A stretch of 53,468 nucleotides of DNA from Phycisphaerae bacterium (GTDB taxonomy: Bacteria > Planctomycetota > Phycisphaerae > Sedimentisphaerales > Anaerohalosphaeraceae). Both the position numbers and the translations under genes were made by a program. Location of the stretch: positions 1-53,468 of the forward strand of contig JAAYVQ010000268.1 in NCBI GenBank assembly GCA_012517095.1. The letters run 5' to 3'. The stretch's first letter is position 1; the number at the start of each line of letters is the position of its first letter. Under the pieces are notes generated by a model, which saw only the letters and a program-made list of their open reading frames with translations, ran no database searches and was not told the DNA's origin. Shown piece after piece: positions 10,035 to 19,025 of the stretch.

Positions 10035-11051
10035 TTAGAATTGAATGATATTGGCGCCCCAGGTCAATCCGCCCCCAAAAGCCACCAGGAGAACAATGTC
10101 GCCGGCCTTGATTTTTCCCTGACGGCGGCAATCGTCTAAAGCGATGGGGATGGACGCGGCCGATGTGTTCCCGTATCGATCAATATTAATGAATATTTTT
10201 TCCGACGGCAATCCAATCCGCTTGCCCACAGATTCGATAATCCGGGCGTTCATTTGATGCGGAATAAACATGTCGATATCGTCAATGGTGATCTGACATT
10301 TGGCCAGGCAATCATCCACCATCTCGACGATTCGCCGCACCGCCATATGATACACTTCCCGGCCGTTGATGTTCATATAGACCATTTTCGGATCCGGCAA
10401 CGGTTTGCTTACGGGATTGCGAGACCCATATGCCGGACAAAACAAACTTGTCCAGCCGCTGCCGTCCGAAACCGAATTCGAATATAAAATCCCCCGCGAT
10501 TGACTGGTACAGCTCTGAATCACAACGGCCCCGGCGCCATCGCCAAACAGGATGCAACTGGCCCGGTTTGTGTAGTCCGTGATTTTTGTGAGGGTTTCGG
10601 CTCCGATGACCAGAATATTCTTGTATCGACCGCTGCAGGCGAATTGCTGGGCGATCGAGAGCGCATACACGAATCCGCTGCACGCCGCCGACAGATCGAA
10701 CGCCCACGCGTTGACGGCCTTGATCTGGTCCTGAACAAAACAAGCCGTTGAGGGGAACACCATTTCCGGCGTGATGGTGGCGACGATAATTAAATCGATC
10801 TGCTCGGGGGTCAGGCCGGCATCCGCGATGGCACGACGGGCGGCCTCACTGGCCAGCGTCGCCGTCGTATCGGTCTCCGAACAGACATGTCGCGACTTAA
10901 TTCCCGTCCGAGTCGTGATCCATTCGTCCGAGGTGTCCATTCGCCGCGCAAAATCCTCGTTCGTCATAACCGCTTCGGGCACGCACGACCCTGTCCCGGC
11001 GATCAACGCATTGCAGGGAAGATTAAACGGGATTTTCGGTTTGATCGCCAT
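10035..11051 (-). CDS. fabH: beta-ketoacyl-ACP synthase III
   Basis: TSDEWITTRTGI, AACSGF active-site Cys, and C-terminal GNTSAASIP...FGGGLTWG. It overlaps the plsX 3' end by 29 nt. Confidence 0.9.
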   Translation of the reverse strand: MAIKPKIPFNLPCNALIAGTGSCVPEAVMTNEDFARRMDTSDEWITTRTGIKSRHVCSETDTTATLASEAARRAIADAGLTPEQIDLIIVATITPEMVFPSTACFVQDQIKAVNAWAFDLSAACSGFVYALSIAQQFACSGRYKNILVIGAETLTKITDYTNRASCILFGDGAGAVVIQSCTSQSRGILYSNSVSDGSGWTSLFCPAYGSRNPVSKPLPDPKMVYMNINGREVYHMAVRRIVEMVDDCLAKCQITIDDIDMFIPHQMNARIIESVGKRIGLPSEKIFINIDRYGNTSAASIPIALDDCRRQGKIKAGDIVLLVAFGGGLTWGANIIQF

Positions 11052-12054
11052 TGGCTTTCACGGTCGTGCTGGCCAGATACTCCTTGATCTGTTCGTTGAT
11101 GCGCATGGAAATAAACTTCTTGGATGCCATGATGGCGTTTTTGATTGTCCGGCTCTTGCTGGTTCCGTGGCACATTAGCGCCGTCCCGTTGATCCCCAAC
11201 AGGGGCGCGCCGCCGTATTCATGGTAGTCATATTTTTTGTAAATTTCGGTCAAAATCGGCTTGAATTCCAGGGCCAGTTTCATACTTGCCGCCAGCAATT
11301 CCTGCTTGATGGCCTTGAAGATCATGTTGACCAGTCCCTCGGTGAGCTTGAGGATGACATTGCCCACGAATCCCTCGCAAACCACGACATCCGCCACCCC
11401 GTCAAAAATGTCCCGTCCTTCGAGGTTTCCGATGAAATTCAAATTGGAATCCGACTTGAGCAGTTGCCGGGTTTTTTTGACCAGTTCGTTGCCTTTAGCG
11501 TCTTCCTCGCCAATGCTCATGATCGCGATGCGAGGATTCTTAATCCCGAGCACTCGCTCGGAATACACGCTGGCCATTACGGCATATTGATACAGATTGA
11601 TCGGTTTGCAGGCGACATTGGCCCCCACATCGCACATGGTTACCGGTCCCCCGAGGGTTGGCAAGACCACAGCGATTCCGGGTCGAAGCACTCCTTCCAG
11701 GGTCCGCATCCGGAGTTGGCAGGCCGCCACGCATGCTCCCGTATTGCCCGCCGAAATGACCGCATCCGTTTCATTGTGGGCCCCCATCTTGGCCATGACC
11801 GCAATGGAGCTTTTGCGTTTTTTCCGCAGGGCATCAACCGGAGACTCGTCCATACCAATATTTTCGGGGGCGTCCACGACCTCGAAATCCCCCATCGAGC
11901 AATTATTACTCTGCAGAAAGGATTCGATTACGCCTTGATTTCCGATCAGGATCAGCCGGTCGTCCTTTTCCAGCAGGGGCTTGGCCTCGATTGCACCTTT
12001 GATAATCTCATCCGGCGCATAGTCCCCGCCCATTACATCCAGTGCAATCCTCAT
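11023..12054 (-). CDS. plsX: phosphate acyltransferase
   Basis: MRIALDVMGGDYAP start and GAPLLGING motif; position between rpmF and fabH. Confidence 0.9.
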   Translation of the reverse strand: MRIALDVMGGDYAPDEIIKGAIEAKPLLEKDDRLILIGNQGVIESFLQSNNCSMGDFEVVDAPENIGMDESPVDALRKKRKSSIAVMAKMGAHNETDAVISAGNTGACVAACQLRMRTLEGVLRPGIAVVLPTLGGPVTMCDVGANVACKPINLYQYAVMASVYSERVLGIKNPRIAIMSIGEEDAKGNELVKKTRQLLKSDSNLNFIGNLEGRDIFDGVADVVVCEGFVGNVILKLTEGLVNMIFKAIKQELLAASMKLALEFKPILTEIYKKYDYHEYGGAPLLGINGTALMCHGTSKSRTIKNAIMASKKFISMRINEQIKEYLASTTVKANGDQTENPV

Positions 12055-12056
12055 AA

Positions 12057-12245
12057 TTAGGTGGTGGCCTCCTTGCCGAGGTTCAGGGTAATCTGGGCAT
12101 TGAGATACCCGCAGTTACCGCAGGCGGCATGGGGCAGTTTGGCCGAACTGCATTTGGGACATAGCGAATAATGGGTTGGCTGCAGGGCATGATGGGCCCG
12201 TTTTGTCCGCGTACGCGATTTACTTCGTTTTTTTACCGGCAACAT
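12057..12245 (-). CDS. rpmF: 50S ribosomal protein L32
   Basis: MLPVKKRSKSRTRTKRAHHAL plus a C..C...C..CG zinc ribbon. AGGAG lies upstream of the ATG. Confidence 0.9.
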   Translation of the reverse strand: MLPVKKRSKSRTRTKRAHHALQPTHYSLCPKCSSAKLPHAACGNCGYLNAQITLNLGKEATT

Positions 12246-12362
12246 AGACTCTATATACTCCTATTCATTTCGAATTTGTAAACAATCCCCTGCCCCATGC
12301 CGCTCTGGCGATCGGAGCCAATGGAACAGTGTGATGCCTGTCGCAGTAACACAAAACATGCT

Positions 12363-12391
12363 TTAATAGTATCCCGCTCGATCTTTGTCAA
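12363..12391 (-). promoter_or_regulatory. sigma70-like promoter candidate for the rpmF-plsX-fab operon
   Basis: On the minus strand: perfect TTGACA (12391-12386), 17-nt spacer, TATTAA (12368-12363). It sits about 120 nt upstream of the rpmF ATG. Confidence 0.35.
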
Positions 12392-12476
12392 GAAATTTTG
12401 TGATGCCGGGATGGATTTTTTCCTCGGCGCATCCCCCCTCAACCCTGAAAAATGTTGGGTTTTCCATAAAAGGGGA

Positions 12477-12505
12477 TTGCATTCCCGGTTTCTTGCCGTT
12501 ATAAA
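12477..12505 (+). promoter_or_regulatory. sigma70-like promoter candidate for the SPOR-like gene
   Basis: TTGCAT (12477-12482), 17-nt spacer, TATAAA (12500-12505). Confidence 0.3.
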
Positions 12506-12581
12506 TATATGTTTCCGATGGATTATGCTTCCGAGGTATGGGAGCCGTGCGGTCATTTGACATCGACGGTTGAGGCACAGG

Positions 12582-13412
12582 ATGCGAAATCCCAAACGAA
12601 TTGCCATGTATGAGGCAATGAAGAAGAGCCGTAGAAAGCTCTTGGGCCCTCGACTGGGACAGACCGCCCGATCGATCTGGAACCGGCCGTCGCCGGACAA
12701 AAAGAAGGTATCGGATCCGTCGTTGCTTCGGCAACAGCAACAACCAGTTGCGCCACAACCTCTGGATCTACCGAAGGTTACGGTTTTGCCAAAACCGGTT
12801 TCGATACCCAAAGCGGTTACGCCGGCTCAGCCGAAAGGCCCCGGAAAGGGTAAGTCGCATAAGGAAATAGCCGCCAGGATCGGCTGGATTACGGCTGGAA
12901 TTGTGGTGATTGTGTTAGCCGTATTTGCTGGTTCCGGGCTGTTTCGATCCGAACCAAATGCCGAGCCGAAGACGGAAAATCCGGCTCAGGCGGCCGATCC
13001 CGAAAAGTCGGGAAAGACGACGATAGAGCCAAAGTCGCATCCCGTGACCGATCCACAGGCTGTGACACCGGTAAAACCGAAGCCGACGGATCCGGTTATT
13101 CCAGCGGCTGCGGATGTTGTCCGAGATCATGTTCTGGTGATCGCAACCTATATGCGAAGCGAAGATCTGGAGCCGGTCCGCGATTATTTTGGCCAGAATG
13201 GCATAGGTACCGAGATTCTCAAGCGAGGATCTTATTATTATTTGGTGACCAAGGCGCGATACCCGAATCCTCGCAAGCCGGGATCTGAAGGCGCAGTGGT
13301 CTTGGATAAAATTAAACAATTCGGAGCAAAATATAAGGCCCCGAAAGGGTTTGAGCGGTTCGATAATACGCCCTTTCAGGATGCCTATGGAATGAAACTG
13401 AAGCCAGAGTGA
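12582..13412 (+). CDS. membrane-anchored Pro/Lys-rich protein with a SPOR-like C-terminal domain (hypothetical)
   Basis: One TM segment (IGWITAGIVVIVLAVFAGSGLF), a P/K/T-rich linker, and a C-terminal ~80 aa (HVLVIATYMRSEDLEPVRDYFGQNGIGTEILKRGSYYYLVTKARY) that resembles a SPOR repeat fold. The ATG at 12582 has GAGG upstream; the longest ORF starts at a TTG at 12570. Confidence 0.5.
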   Translation: MRNPKRIAMYEAMKKSRRKLLGPRLGQTARSIWNRPSPDKKKVSDPSLLRQQQQPVAPQPLDLPKVTVLPKPVSIPKAVTPAQPKGPGKGKSHKEIAARIGWITAGIVVIVLAVFAGSGLFRSEPNAEPKTENPAQAADPEKSGKTTIEPKSHPVTDPQAVTPVKPKPTDPVIPAAADVVRDHVLVIATYMRSEDLEPVRDYFGQNGIGTEILKRGSYYYLVTKARYPNPRKPGSEGAVVLDKIKQFGAKYKAPKGFERFDNTPFQDAYGMKLKPE

Positions 13413-13440
13413 GTTGAAACATCAGTAGGAGTATGTAGTT

Positions 13441-13680
13441 ATGTCGATTGATCGTTCATTGAAAGTTCGCGGAGCGCTGACGCGTCACCGGAATGTTCTG
13501 TCCCGGGCTGAGAGGATCGATGCCCTCAAGCTACTGGAGAAGTGGTCCGAAGGCGACAAAGTGACGGGTCTGGTGAAAGTCGGCCATCGCAAGAGTCACA
13601 GCGGCAAGAAAGCCGCCGAGAAGAAACCGACGGCCGAAGGCGCCGCCGCAGAGGCCAAACCCGAAGCCCCCGCGAAATAG
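13441..13680 (+). CDS. small basic protein (PVC-type 'small basic protein' family)
   Basis: 79 aa and very basic. The N-terminus MSIDRSLKVRGALTRHRNVLSRAERI matches my memory of the small basic protein family annotated in Planctomycetes/Verrucomicrobia. AGGAG lies upstream. Confidence 0.55.
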   Translation: MSIDRSLKVRGALTRHRNVLSRAERIDALKLLEKWSEGDKVTGLVKVGHRKSHSGKKAAEKKPTAEGAAAEAKPEAPAK

Positions 13681-13701
13681 TAGAATCAACTTCGATTTTT
13701 C

Positions 13702-13746
13702 GGGCCGTTATGGGAAACCCGTGTTGCCCGTAGCGGCCCTTATTTG
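13702..13746 (+). terminator. intrinsic terminator candidate after the small basic protein gene
   Basis: 13-bp stem (13702-13714 with 13727-13739, including 2 GU pairs), 12-nt loop, then TTATTTGTGTG. Confidence 0.45.
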
Positions 13747-13779
13747 TGTGACCGGGAGATTCGAAACAGGAGAACGGCT

Positions 13780-14898
13780 ATGGAATCGATTCTTGCCGAA
13801 CGGACGAAACTGATCGATGCCAGTGGGATCCGAAAAGTCTTTGCACTGGCCGCGACCCTCAAGGACCCGGTCAACTTCTCCATTGGCCAGCCGGATTTCG
13901 ATGTTCCGGATGCCGTCAAAAAGGCCGCGATTGAAGCGATCGAACGCGGTTTCAACCGTTACTCTCAAACCGCCGGCGATGAAGGGCTGGTGGCCCGTGT
14001 GATCGCCGAGGCCAAAACCCGGTTTCCCTGGGATCCGAAAGTCATCATTACCAGCGGCGTCAGCGGCGGCCTGCTCCTGGCTTTCATGTCCATGATTAAT
14101 CCCGGCGACGAAGTCATTATTCCGGATCCTTATTTTGTTATGTATAAACACCTGGCCCGGATGTTCGGCGGGACCTGCGTGTATGTCGACACCTATCCCG
14201 ATTTCCGGCTTCCGGTGCAAAAAATCGCCGCCGCCATTACGAACCGGACCAAGCTGATCGTTCTCAATTCGCCGGTGAATCCGACCGGTGCTGTCTTTAC
14301 CGCCAAAGAGATTGCCGATCTTGCCGAGGTGGCTTCGCGTCGGCAGATTGCGATCATCAGCGACGAAATTTATGAAGATTTCTGCTACGATCAGCCCTTT
14401 GAGAGTATCGGCAAGGTGTACGATAAAACCCTGGTTCTCAAGGGGTACAGCAAGACTTACGCGATGACGGGTTGGAGGATGGGTTATGCCGCAGCCGGGC
14501 CGAAGCTCCACGAGCTGATCGAGGCGATGACTAAAATCCAACAATACTCCTTTGTTTGTGCCCCGACTCCCTTTCAGAAGGCCACCCTTACGACTTTCGA
14601 TTGCGATATGAGCAGTTTTATCGCCGGCTACCGAAAAAAACGCGACATGATCTTCAACGGCCTCAAGGATCGTTTCGGATTGGCCAAACCCGGCGGGGCA
14701 TTCTACGCTTTTGTGCCCGTTCCCAAAGGGAGGGGAACCGGTTCGGAGTTCGTTAAACAGGTCATCGAAAACAATGTTCTGGTGATTCCGGGCAATGTTT
14801 TCAGCGAAAAGGACACGCACTTCCGTATTAGTTACGCCACCACCGATGACAAGATCGCCAAAGGGGTAGAGATCCTCAACCGCCTGGCCGGAGCTTAA
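13780..14898 (+). CDS. pyridoxal-phosphate-dependent aminotransferase, class I (AspC-like)
   Basis: SGIRKVF, NSPVNPTG and GYSKTYAMTGWRMGY (PLP-lysine motif). The ATG at 13780 is preceded by AGGAGA; the longest ORF starts at 13744. Confidence 0.85.
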   Translation: MESILAERTKLIDASGIRKVFALAATLKDPVNFSIGQPDFDVPDAVKKAAIEAIERGFNRYSQTAGDEGLVARVIAEAKTRFPWDPKVIITSGVSGGLLLAFMSMINPGDEVIIPDPYFVMYKHLARMFGGTCVYVDTYPDFRLPVQKIAAAITNRTKLIVLNSPVNPTGAVFTAKEIADLAEVASRRQIAIISDEIYEDFCYDQPFESIGKVYDKTLVLKGYSKTYAMTGWRMGYAAAGPKLHELIEAMTKIQQYSFVCAPTPFQKATLTTFDCDMSSFIAGYRKKRDMIFNGLKDRFGLAKPGGAFYAFVPVPKGRGTGSEFVKQVIENNVLVIPGNVFSEKDTHFRISYATTDDKIAKGVEILNRLAGA

Positions 14899-14925
14899 AT
14901 CCCGGTCTCGGCACCGCAGGATAAC

Positions 14926-16029
14926 CTACGGTTTCTGTTCCGCCGGCTTTCCCCCGGAGTCGGCTTTGTGTCGTCGTTGTCGAACCAGCATGGTCTGAAC
15001 CAGACTATAACCAACTGCCAATAGCGTCGGTCCCAGGAATACGCCGATAAATCCGAATGTGATGACTCCTCCCAATACACCCAGCAACATCGTGATAAAC
15101 GACAATCGTGATCCCCGGCTGATGATATAGGGCTTGATGAAATTGTCCACCATACTGATAACACCGCCGCCCCATAGGATCATGAAGATTCCCCAGCCCG
15201 GAAATCCTTCCAGGAACAACCACACCGATGCCCCGATCCAGATGATGGGCGGGCCGACGGGAATGAAACTCAGGAAAAAGGTAAACAGAGCCAACTGCAT
15301 GGGGGACGGCACTCCGGCGATGGCAAATCCGATACCGGCTAAAATCGCCTGGGCCAGCGCCGTGCCGATGGTGCCATAGACCACGCCCTGTACCGTTCCC
15401 TTGATCACCGTGAACAGCTCATTGGCGTAGTCACCGCTGATGCGTTGGAATCCCTCCCGAAGTAACCGAACGACTTCCTCGCCGTCACGATAAAAGAAAA
15501 ACAACATGAGCATACTCATGGCCAGGTGAAACACCCCCTGCGCCAGATCAAGACTATGTTTGAGTAACCATACTCCGGCCTGTTGCAGCCAGGGTTTCAG
15601 CCAGTTCAGCGCCGAGCTGGCGTCGGCGGCATGCGTTTCCCAGTATGCTTTTAAATCCTTGCCGGCAATGGGAATCTGTTCCAACCACGCCGGCGGGGGA
15701 CCAATGGTAGTACCCTTTTGTTTGTCGAACCAGTCCAGGGCCGACTGAATACTGTCCGTGAAGGTAAAGCCGATCAGGATAAACGGAACCAGAAGCACCA
15801 GCGATAAGCACAGGGTCATCAGGATTGCCGCAGAGTTCCGTCGCCCGCGACATCCCCGAAGAAGAGCAGCATACAGCGGCCAGGTTGCAAAGGACAGGAT
15901 CGCCGCCCATAGAATGGCCGAAGTGAACGGCCGCAACACCAGCCAGCAGCCGATGACGATGGATCCGATCAGGATTAGACCGGCGATCTGTTCAATCCGT
16001 TGTTGATTCTTGACCATACCGTTCTCCAT
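14926..16029 (-). CDS. AI-2E family transporter (PerM/UPF0118)
   Basis: About 8 TM segments with the family-typical FIP.VGP and ...DNFIKPYIISR motif. Confidence 0.8.
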   Translation of the reverse strand: MENGMVKNQQRIEQIAGLILIGSIVIGCWLVLRPFTSAILWAAILSFATWPLYAALLRGCRGRRNSAAILMTLCLSLVLLVPFILIGFTFTDSIQSALDWFDKQKGTTIGPPPAWLEQIPIAGKDLKAYWETHAADASSALNWLKPWLQQAGVWLLKHSLDLAQGVFHLAMSMLMLFFFYRDGEEVVRLLREGFQRISGDYANELFTVIKGTVQGVVYGTIGTALAQAILAGIGFAIAGVPSPMQLALFTFFLSFIPVGPPIIWIGASVWLFLEGFPGWGIFMILWGGGVISMVDNFIKPYIISRGSRLSFITMLLGVLGGVITFGFIGVFLGPTLLAVGYSLVQTMLVRQRRHKADSGGKPAEQKP

Positions 16030-16054
16030 TTCCGATCCAGTCCAATCGATGGAC

Positions 16055-17290
16055 TTATTCCGGTAGAGGTTTCCCCTTGGTTTCCGGGCAGAACCAAATG
16101 AGAATCAGCCCCGCGATGTAGATCAAGCTGATGATGGCGCACATCTTGGCATAATCTTCGTCGAAGAATCGGAGGATCTGGCCGGAACCCAAAACCCCGA
16201 TCGCCGACAGGACTCGACCTGCATTATAGGCAAAACCCTGGGCGGTGGCACGAATGCGGGTCGGGAACAGTTCCGGCAAATACAAAGGCAAAAATCCATA
16301 GAAGCTTGCGGTTAGTCCGCCGACAATGAACACCCAGACCAAGAATAGAGTACCATACCCCAGCCCCGACCAGCGAAACAGGTACTGACAGGCCAGCAGG
16401 GAGGTCAGGCACAGAAGGAAGTAGGTGTTGCGCCGGTTGGTGATATTGGCGACGATGGGTGCCAGGAACGCCACGACGATGGCTCCGATGGCGGAAGCGA
16501 TTTGGGCCCAGGCCCGGGCGGTGGGCATGTTACCTTCAGTCAGGCGGTCGGCCCATGCGGGAATGAATTGAACGGATCCCCAGGTACCCAGCAGGATGAT
16601 CGTGCTGATGAGAGTTCCGAGGATGGCATTGCGGCGGATGTTGGGATGGAAGATGTCGGACATCTTGTTTTTCGGACCGGAGCTTGCGGCCTGCTGCCAG
16701 CGTTTGGATTCAGGGACATAGAGGATGACCAGAAACGCCAGCAGAGCGGGTGCGGCGGCAACAAAGAACAGCATTCGCCAACTGGCTTGGTGGAGGGCTA
16801 AACCCATCACGGCGATTAACAGAAACCCGATGTTTGATGCGGCTCCGATCAGGCCGGCGAGCATGGGTCGCCACTTGACGGGCCAGACCTCCATAATCAG
16901 GGCGACACCCAGAGCCCATTCCCCGCCCATGCCCAATGAGGCCAAGAATCGCATGATGGCCAGTTGCCAGGCGGCGGTGGCAAAGCCGCCCAAGCCGGTA
17001 AACACCGCATAAACCATGATACTCCAGAACATCGCCTTGACGCGGCCGATGCGGTCGCCCAGCCAGCCGAAGATCAGGCCGCCGGTAGCGGCGCCCACAA
17101 GAAAAACCGCCATGATAACGGAAAACCAGGTGGAGATATCAAACCCCGGGCCGAGCAGCTCTTTAAGAGCTGGTCGGGCTACGAGGGGGACCAGGCCGAT
17201 TTCCATTCCATCAAACATCCATCCGAGAAACGCGGCCGCGAGGGTGGCCGCCAACGCCTTTTTGCTGACTTCCTGGCCGGTTTGTGTCAT
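16055..17290 (-). CDS. MFS transporter
   Basis: 12-TM profile and a GWLGDRIGRVK loop 2-3 motif. Confidence 0.8.
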   Translation of the reverse strand: MTQTGQEVSKKALAATLAAAFLGWMFDGMEIGLVPLVARPALKELLGPGFDISTWFSVIMAVFLVGAATGGLIFGWLGDRIGRVKAMFWSIMVYAVFTGLGGFATAAWQLAIMRFLASLGMGGEWALGVALIMEVWPVKWRPMLAGLIGAASNIGFLLIAVMGLALHQASWRMLFFVAAAPALLAFLVILYVPESKRWQQAASSGPKNKMSDIFHPNIRRNAILGTLISTIILLGTWGSVQFIPAWADRLTEGNMPTARAWAQIASAIGAIVVAFLAPIVANITNRRNTYFLLCLTSLLACQYLFRWSGLGYGTLFLVWVFIVGGLTASFYGFLPLYLPELFPTRIRATAQGFAYNAGRVLSAIGVLGSGQILRFFDEDYAKMCAIISLIYIAGLILIWFCPETKGKPLPE

Positions 17291-17351
17291 TCCTTCGTCC
17301 TTCCTGCGTTCGGGTGAATACCTTTCGTCTTGAAATCAATTTCCCGACTGG

Positions 17352-18758
17352 TTACATTCGAACCGGCCAGGGCAATAGACACACAAAAGCAATTGTTACC
17401 AGCAATCCCACCACGGCCAGCAGACTGACCGTCACCGTCCATGTCTTTAAGGTTTCCGTCGCCGTCAGGCCGCCCATCTTGGCGAAAACCCAAAAGCCGC
17501 TGTCGTTCATCCAGTTTCCGCACTGGGCTCCGAATCCGACCGCCATCGCCACATACACGGGATGGAATCCGATGGAGCCGGTATCTTTCAGGAGAGCCGC
17601 CAGCATTGCCGCAGTGGTCATCATCGAAACCGTACTGGACCCTTGTGCAAACTTCAGCAGAAAAGCCACCAAAAAACCCATCAACAAGATACTCATGCCG
17701 TTGATGGTCCCCGTCTGGGAATTCGATCCGGAAAAGAGTTGCTGTACCGCCGGACCGACATTCGCCGCCTGGAGCATCGCACCAAAAGCGCCTCCCGCCG
17801 AGGTGATCAGGATGATGATCCCGGCACTCATCAGCGAGGTTTCCACCATCGAGGACATCTGATCCAGTGAAGGCCTCCGTTGTTTCCAGTACACCCCTAT
17901 TGCCACCGCCGCAGAGACCAGCATCGCCAGATTTTTCTCCCCGACCAAAGCGGCGATCGACGCGAGTGTCTTCATTCCTTCGGTTGCGTCGGCTTTGGCC
18001 CCCAACCCGGCGACGATCGTCTGCCCGGAAATCAAAAAAACCGGAAGAAGGATTGGCAGCGCTGAGATAAACAATCCCGGCAATTGGGAATCGGCCAGCG
18101 GCTCCGGTTCCGGGGCGGAACCTTCCAGCGGCCGCATGGGGATATCAAATCGCGGGGAATATAGCTTCACAAAATAATACATGATGATGGCCGTCGGGAT
18201 CGATATCGCAAGACCCATCAGGATCATCAGCCCCATATCGATTCCCATCTTCTCCGCGATGAATAACGGCCCCGGCGTCGGCGGTACCAGGGAATGCGTA
18301 ATCGACGCCCCAGCCCCCATCGCCAGGATAATGAACAAGTATCGCTGTTTCGTCTGACGGTGCATCGACCTTGCCAAAGGGATCAGCAGATAGAACACCG
18401 TGTCGAAGAAGACCGGGATCGACAGCACGAATCCGCTGCTCATCAGGGCAACTGGCCCGCGTTTGATCCCCAACATTCGCATGAAAGCCCGCACAACGCG
18501 ATCTGCGGCACCGCTGCGCGTCATGCAGTCCCCGATGATCGCCGCCATAGCGATCACCACACCGATCTTACCCGCGGTTGAACCGAATTCCGTCGCCACT
18601 CGGCTGATCTTCTGGGACCATTCCCCCGGCGCCAGCAAACTGACAATCATCGCCGTAGTTATCATGGCGATAAAGGCGTTGACACGCAGGAACAGAATCA
18701 TCCCGATGACGATGACGATTCCCAGTACAAGGATCCATAAAGGATGCATAACCATCAT
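17352..18758 (-). CDS. GntP family permease (gluconate/organic acid:H+ symporter family)
   Basis: 468-aa polytopic protein. The N-terminus and motifs such as LVPPTPGP and GFWVF resemble GntP-family permeases. Confidence 0.75.
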   Translation of the reverse strand: MMVMHPLWILVLGIVIVIGMILFLRVNAFIAMITTAMIVSLLAPGEWSQKISRVATEFGSTAGKIGVVIAMAAIIGDCMTRSGAADRVVRAFMRMLGIKRGPVALMSSGFVLSIPVFFDTVFYLLIPLARSMHRQTKQRYLFIILAMGAGASITHSLVPPTPGPLFIAEKMGIDMGLMILMGLAISIPTAIIMYYFVKLYSPRFDIPMRPLEGSAPEPEPLADSQLPGLFISALPILLPVFLISGQTIVAGLGAKADATEGMKTLASIAALVGEKNLAMLVSAAVAIGVYWKQRRPSLDQMSSMVETSLMSAGIIILITSAGGAFGAMLQAANVGPAVQQLFSGSNSQTGTINGMSILLMGFLVAFLLKFAQGSSTVSMMTTAAMLAALLKDTGSIGFHPVYVAMAVGFGAQCGNWMNDSGFWVFAKMGGLTATETLKTWTVTVSLLAVVGLLVTIAFVCLLPWPVRM

Positions 18759-19025
18759 TCCTCTGGTAGCCGGCTGGCAGTTATGGATTTCGATACACGG
18801 GCCATAGTGTAAAAGGCGATCCGGGTTTCGTACAGGATATTTTTTGCCCCGGATCTTTTGACCTTTCCATTTTGGAAAAGATTAATGAAGCTGCTCCAAA
18901 ATGATTGTAGCGTTTCCGCGGTTTAGCCGTCGGATAGAATGGGATCGAGGGTTTCGTGAACCTCTGCGGAAAATCTTAACCAATTCGACTTGTTAGTTCC
19001 GGTATCGATGGATACAATACCAACC

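Noticed and set aside
9070-10131. Longest-ORF N-terminal extensions (fabD to 10131, ruvX to 43494, nfeD from 18990, the TPR gene from 32134, the cytidylyltransferase from 39733)
   Set aside because: The extensions are non-homologous and Arg/Pro-rich, and they overlap upstream genes. Internal ATG starts coincide with the conserved family N-termini.
11221-12060. 279-aa plus-strand ORF
   Set aside because: It is antisense to plsX and is a shadow ORF.
12251-12811. Minus-strand ORF upstream of rpmF as the expected yceD/DUF177 gene
   Set aside because: It has no DUF177 acidic or C..C motifs and an implausible Cys/Arg-rich composition. It overlaps the better-supported plus-strand SPOR-like gene and the promoter region.
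13708-14820. 370-aa minus-strand ORF
   Set aside because: It is antisense to the aminotransferase, which carries the PLP-lysine motif. It is a shadow ORF.
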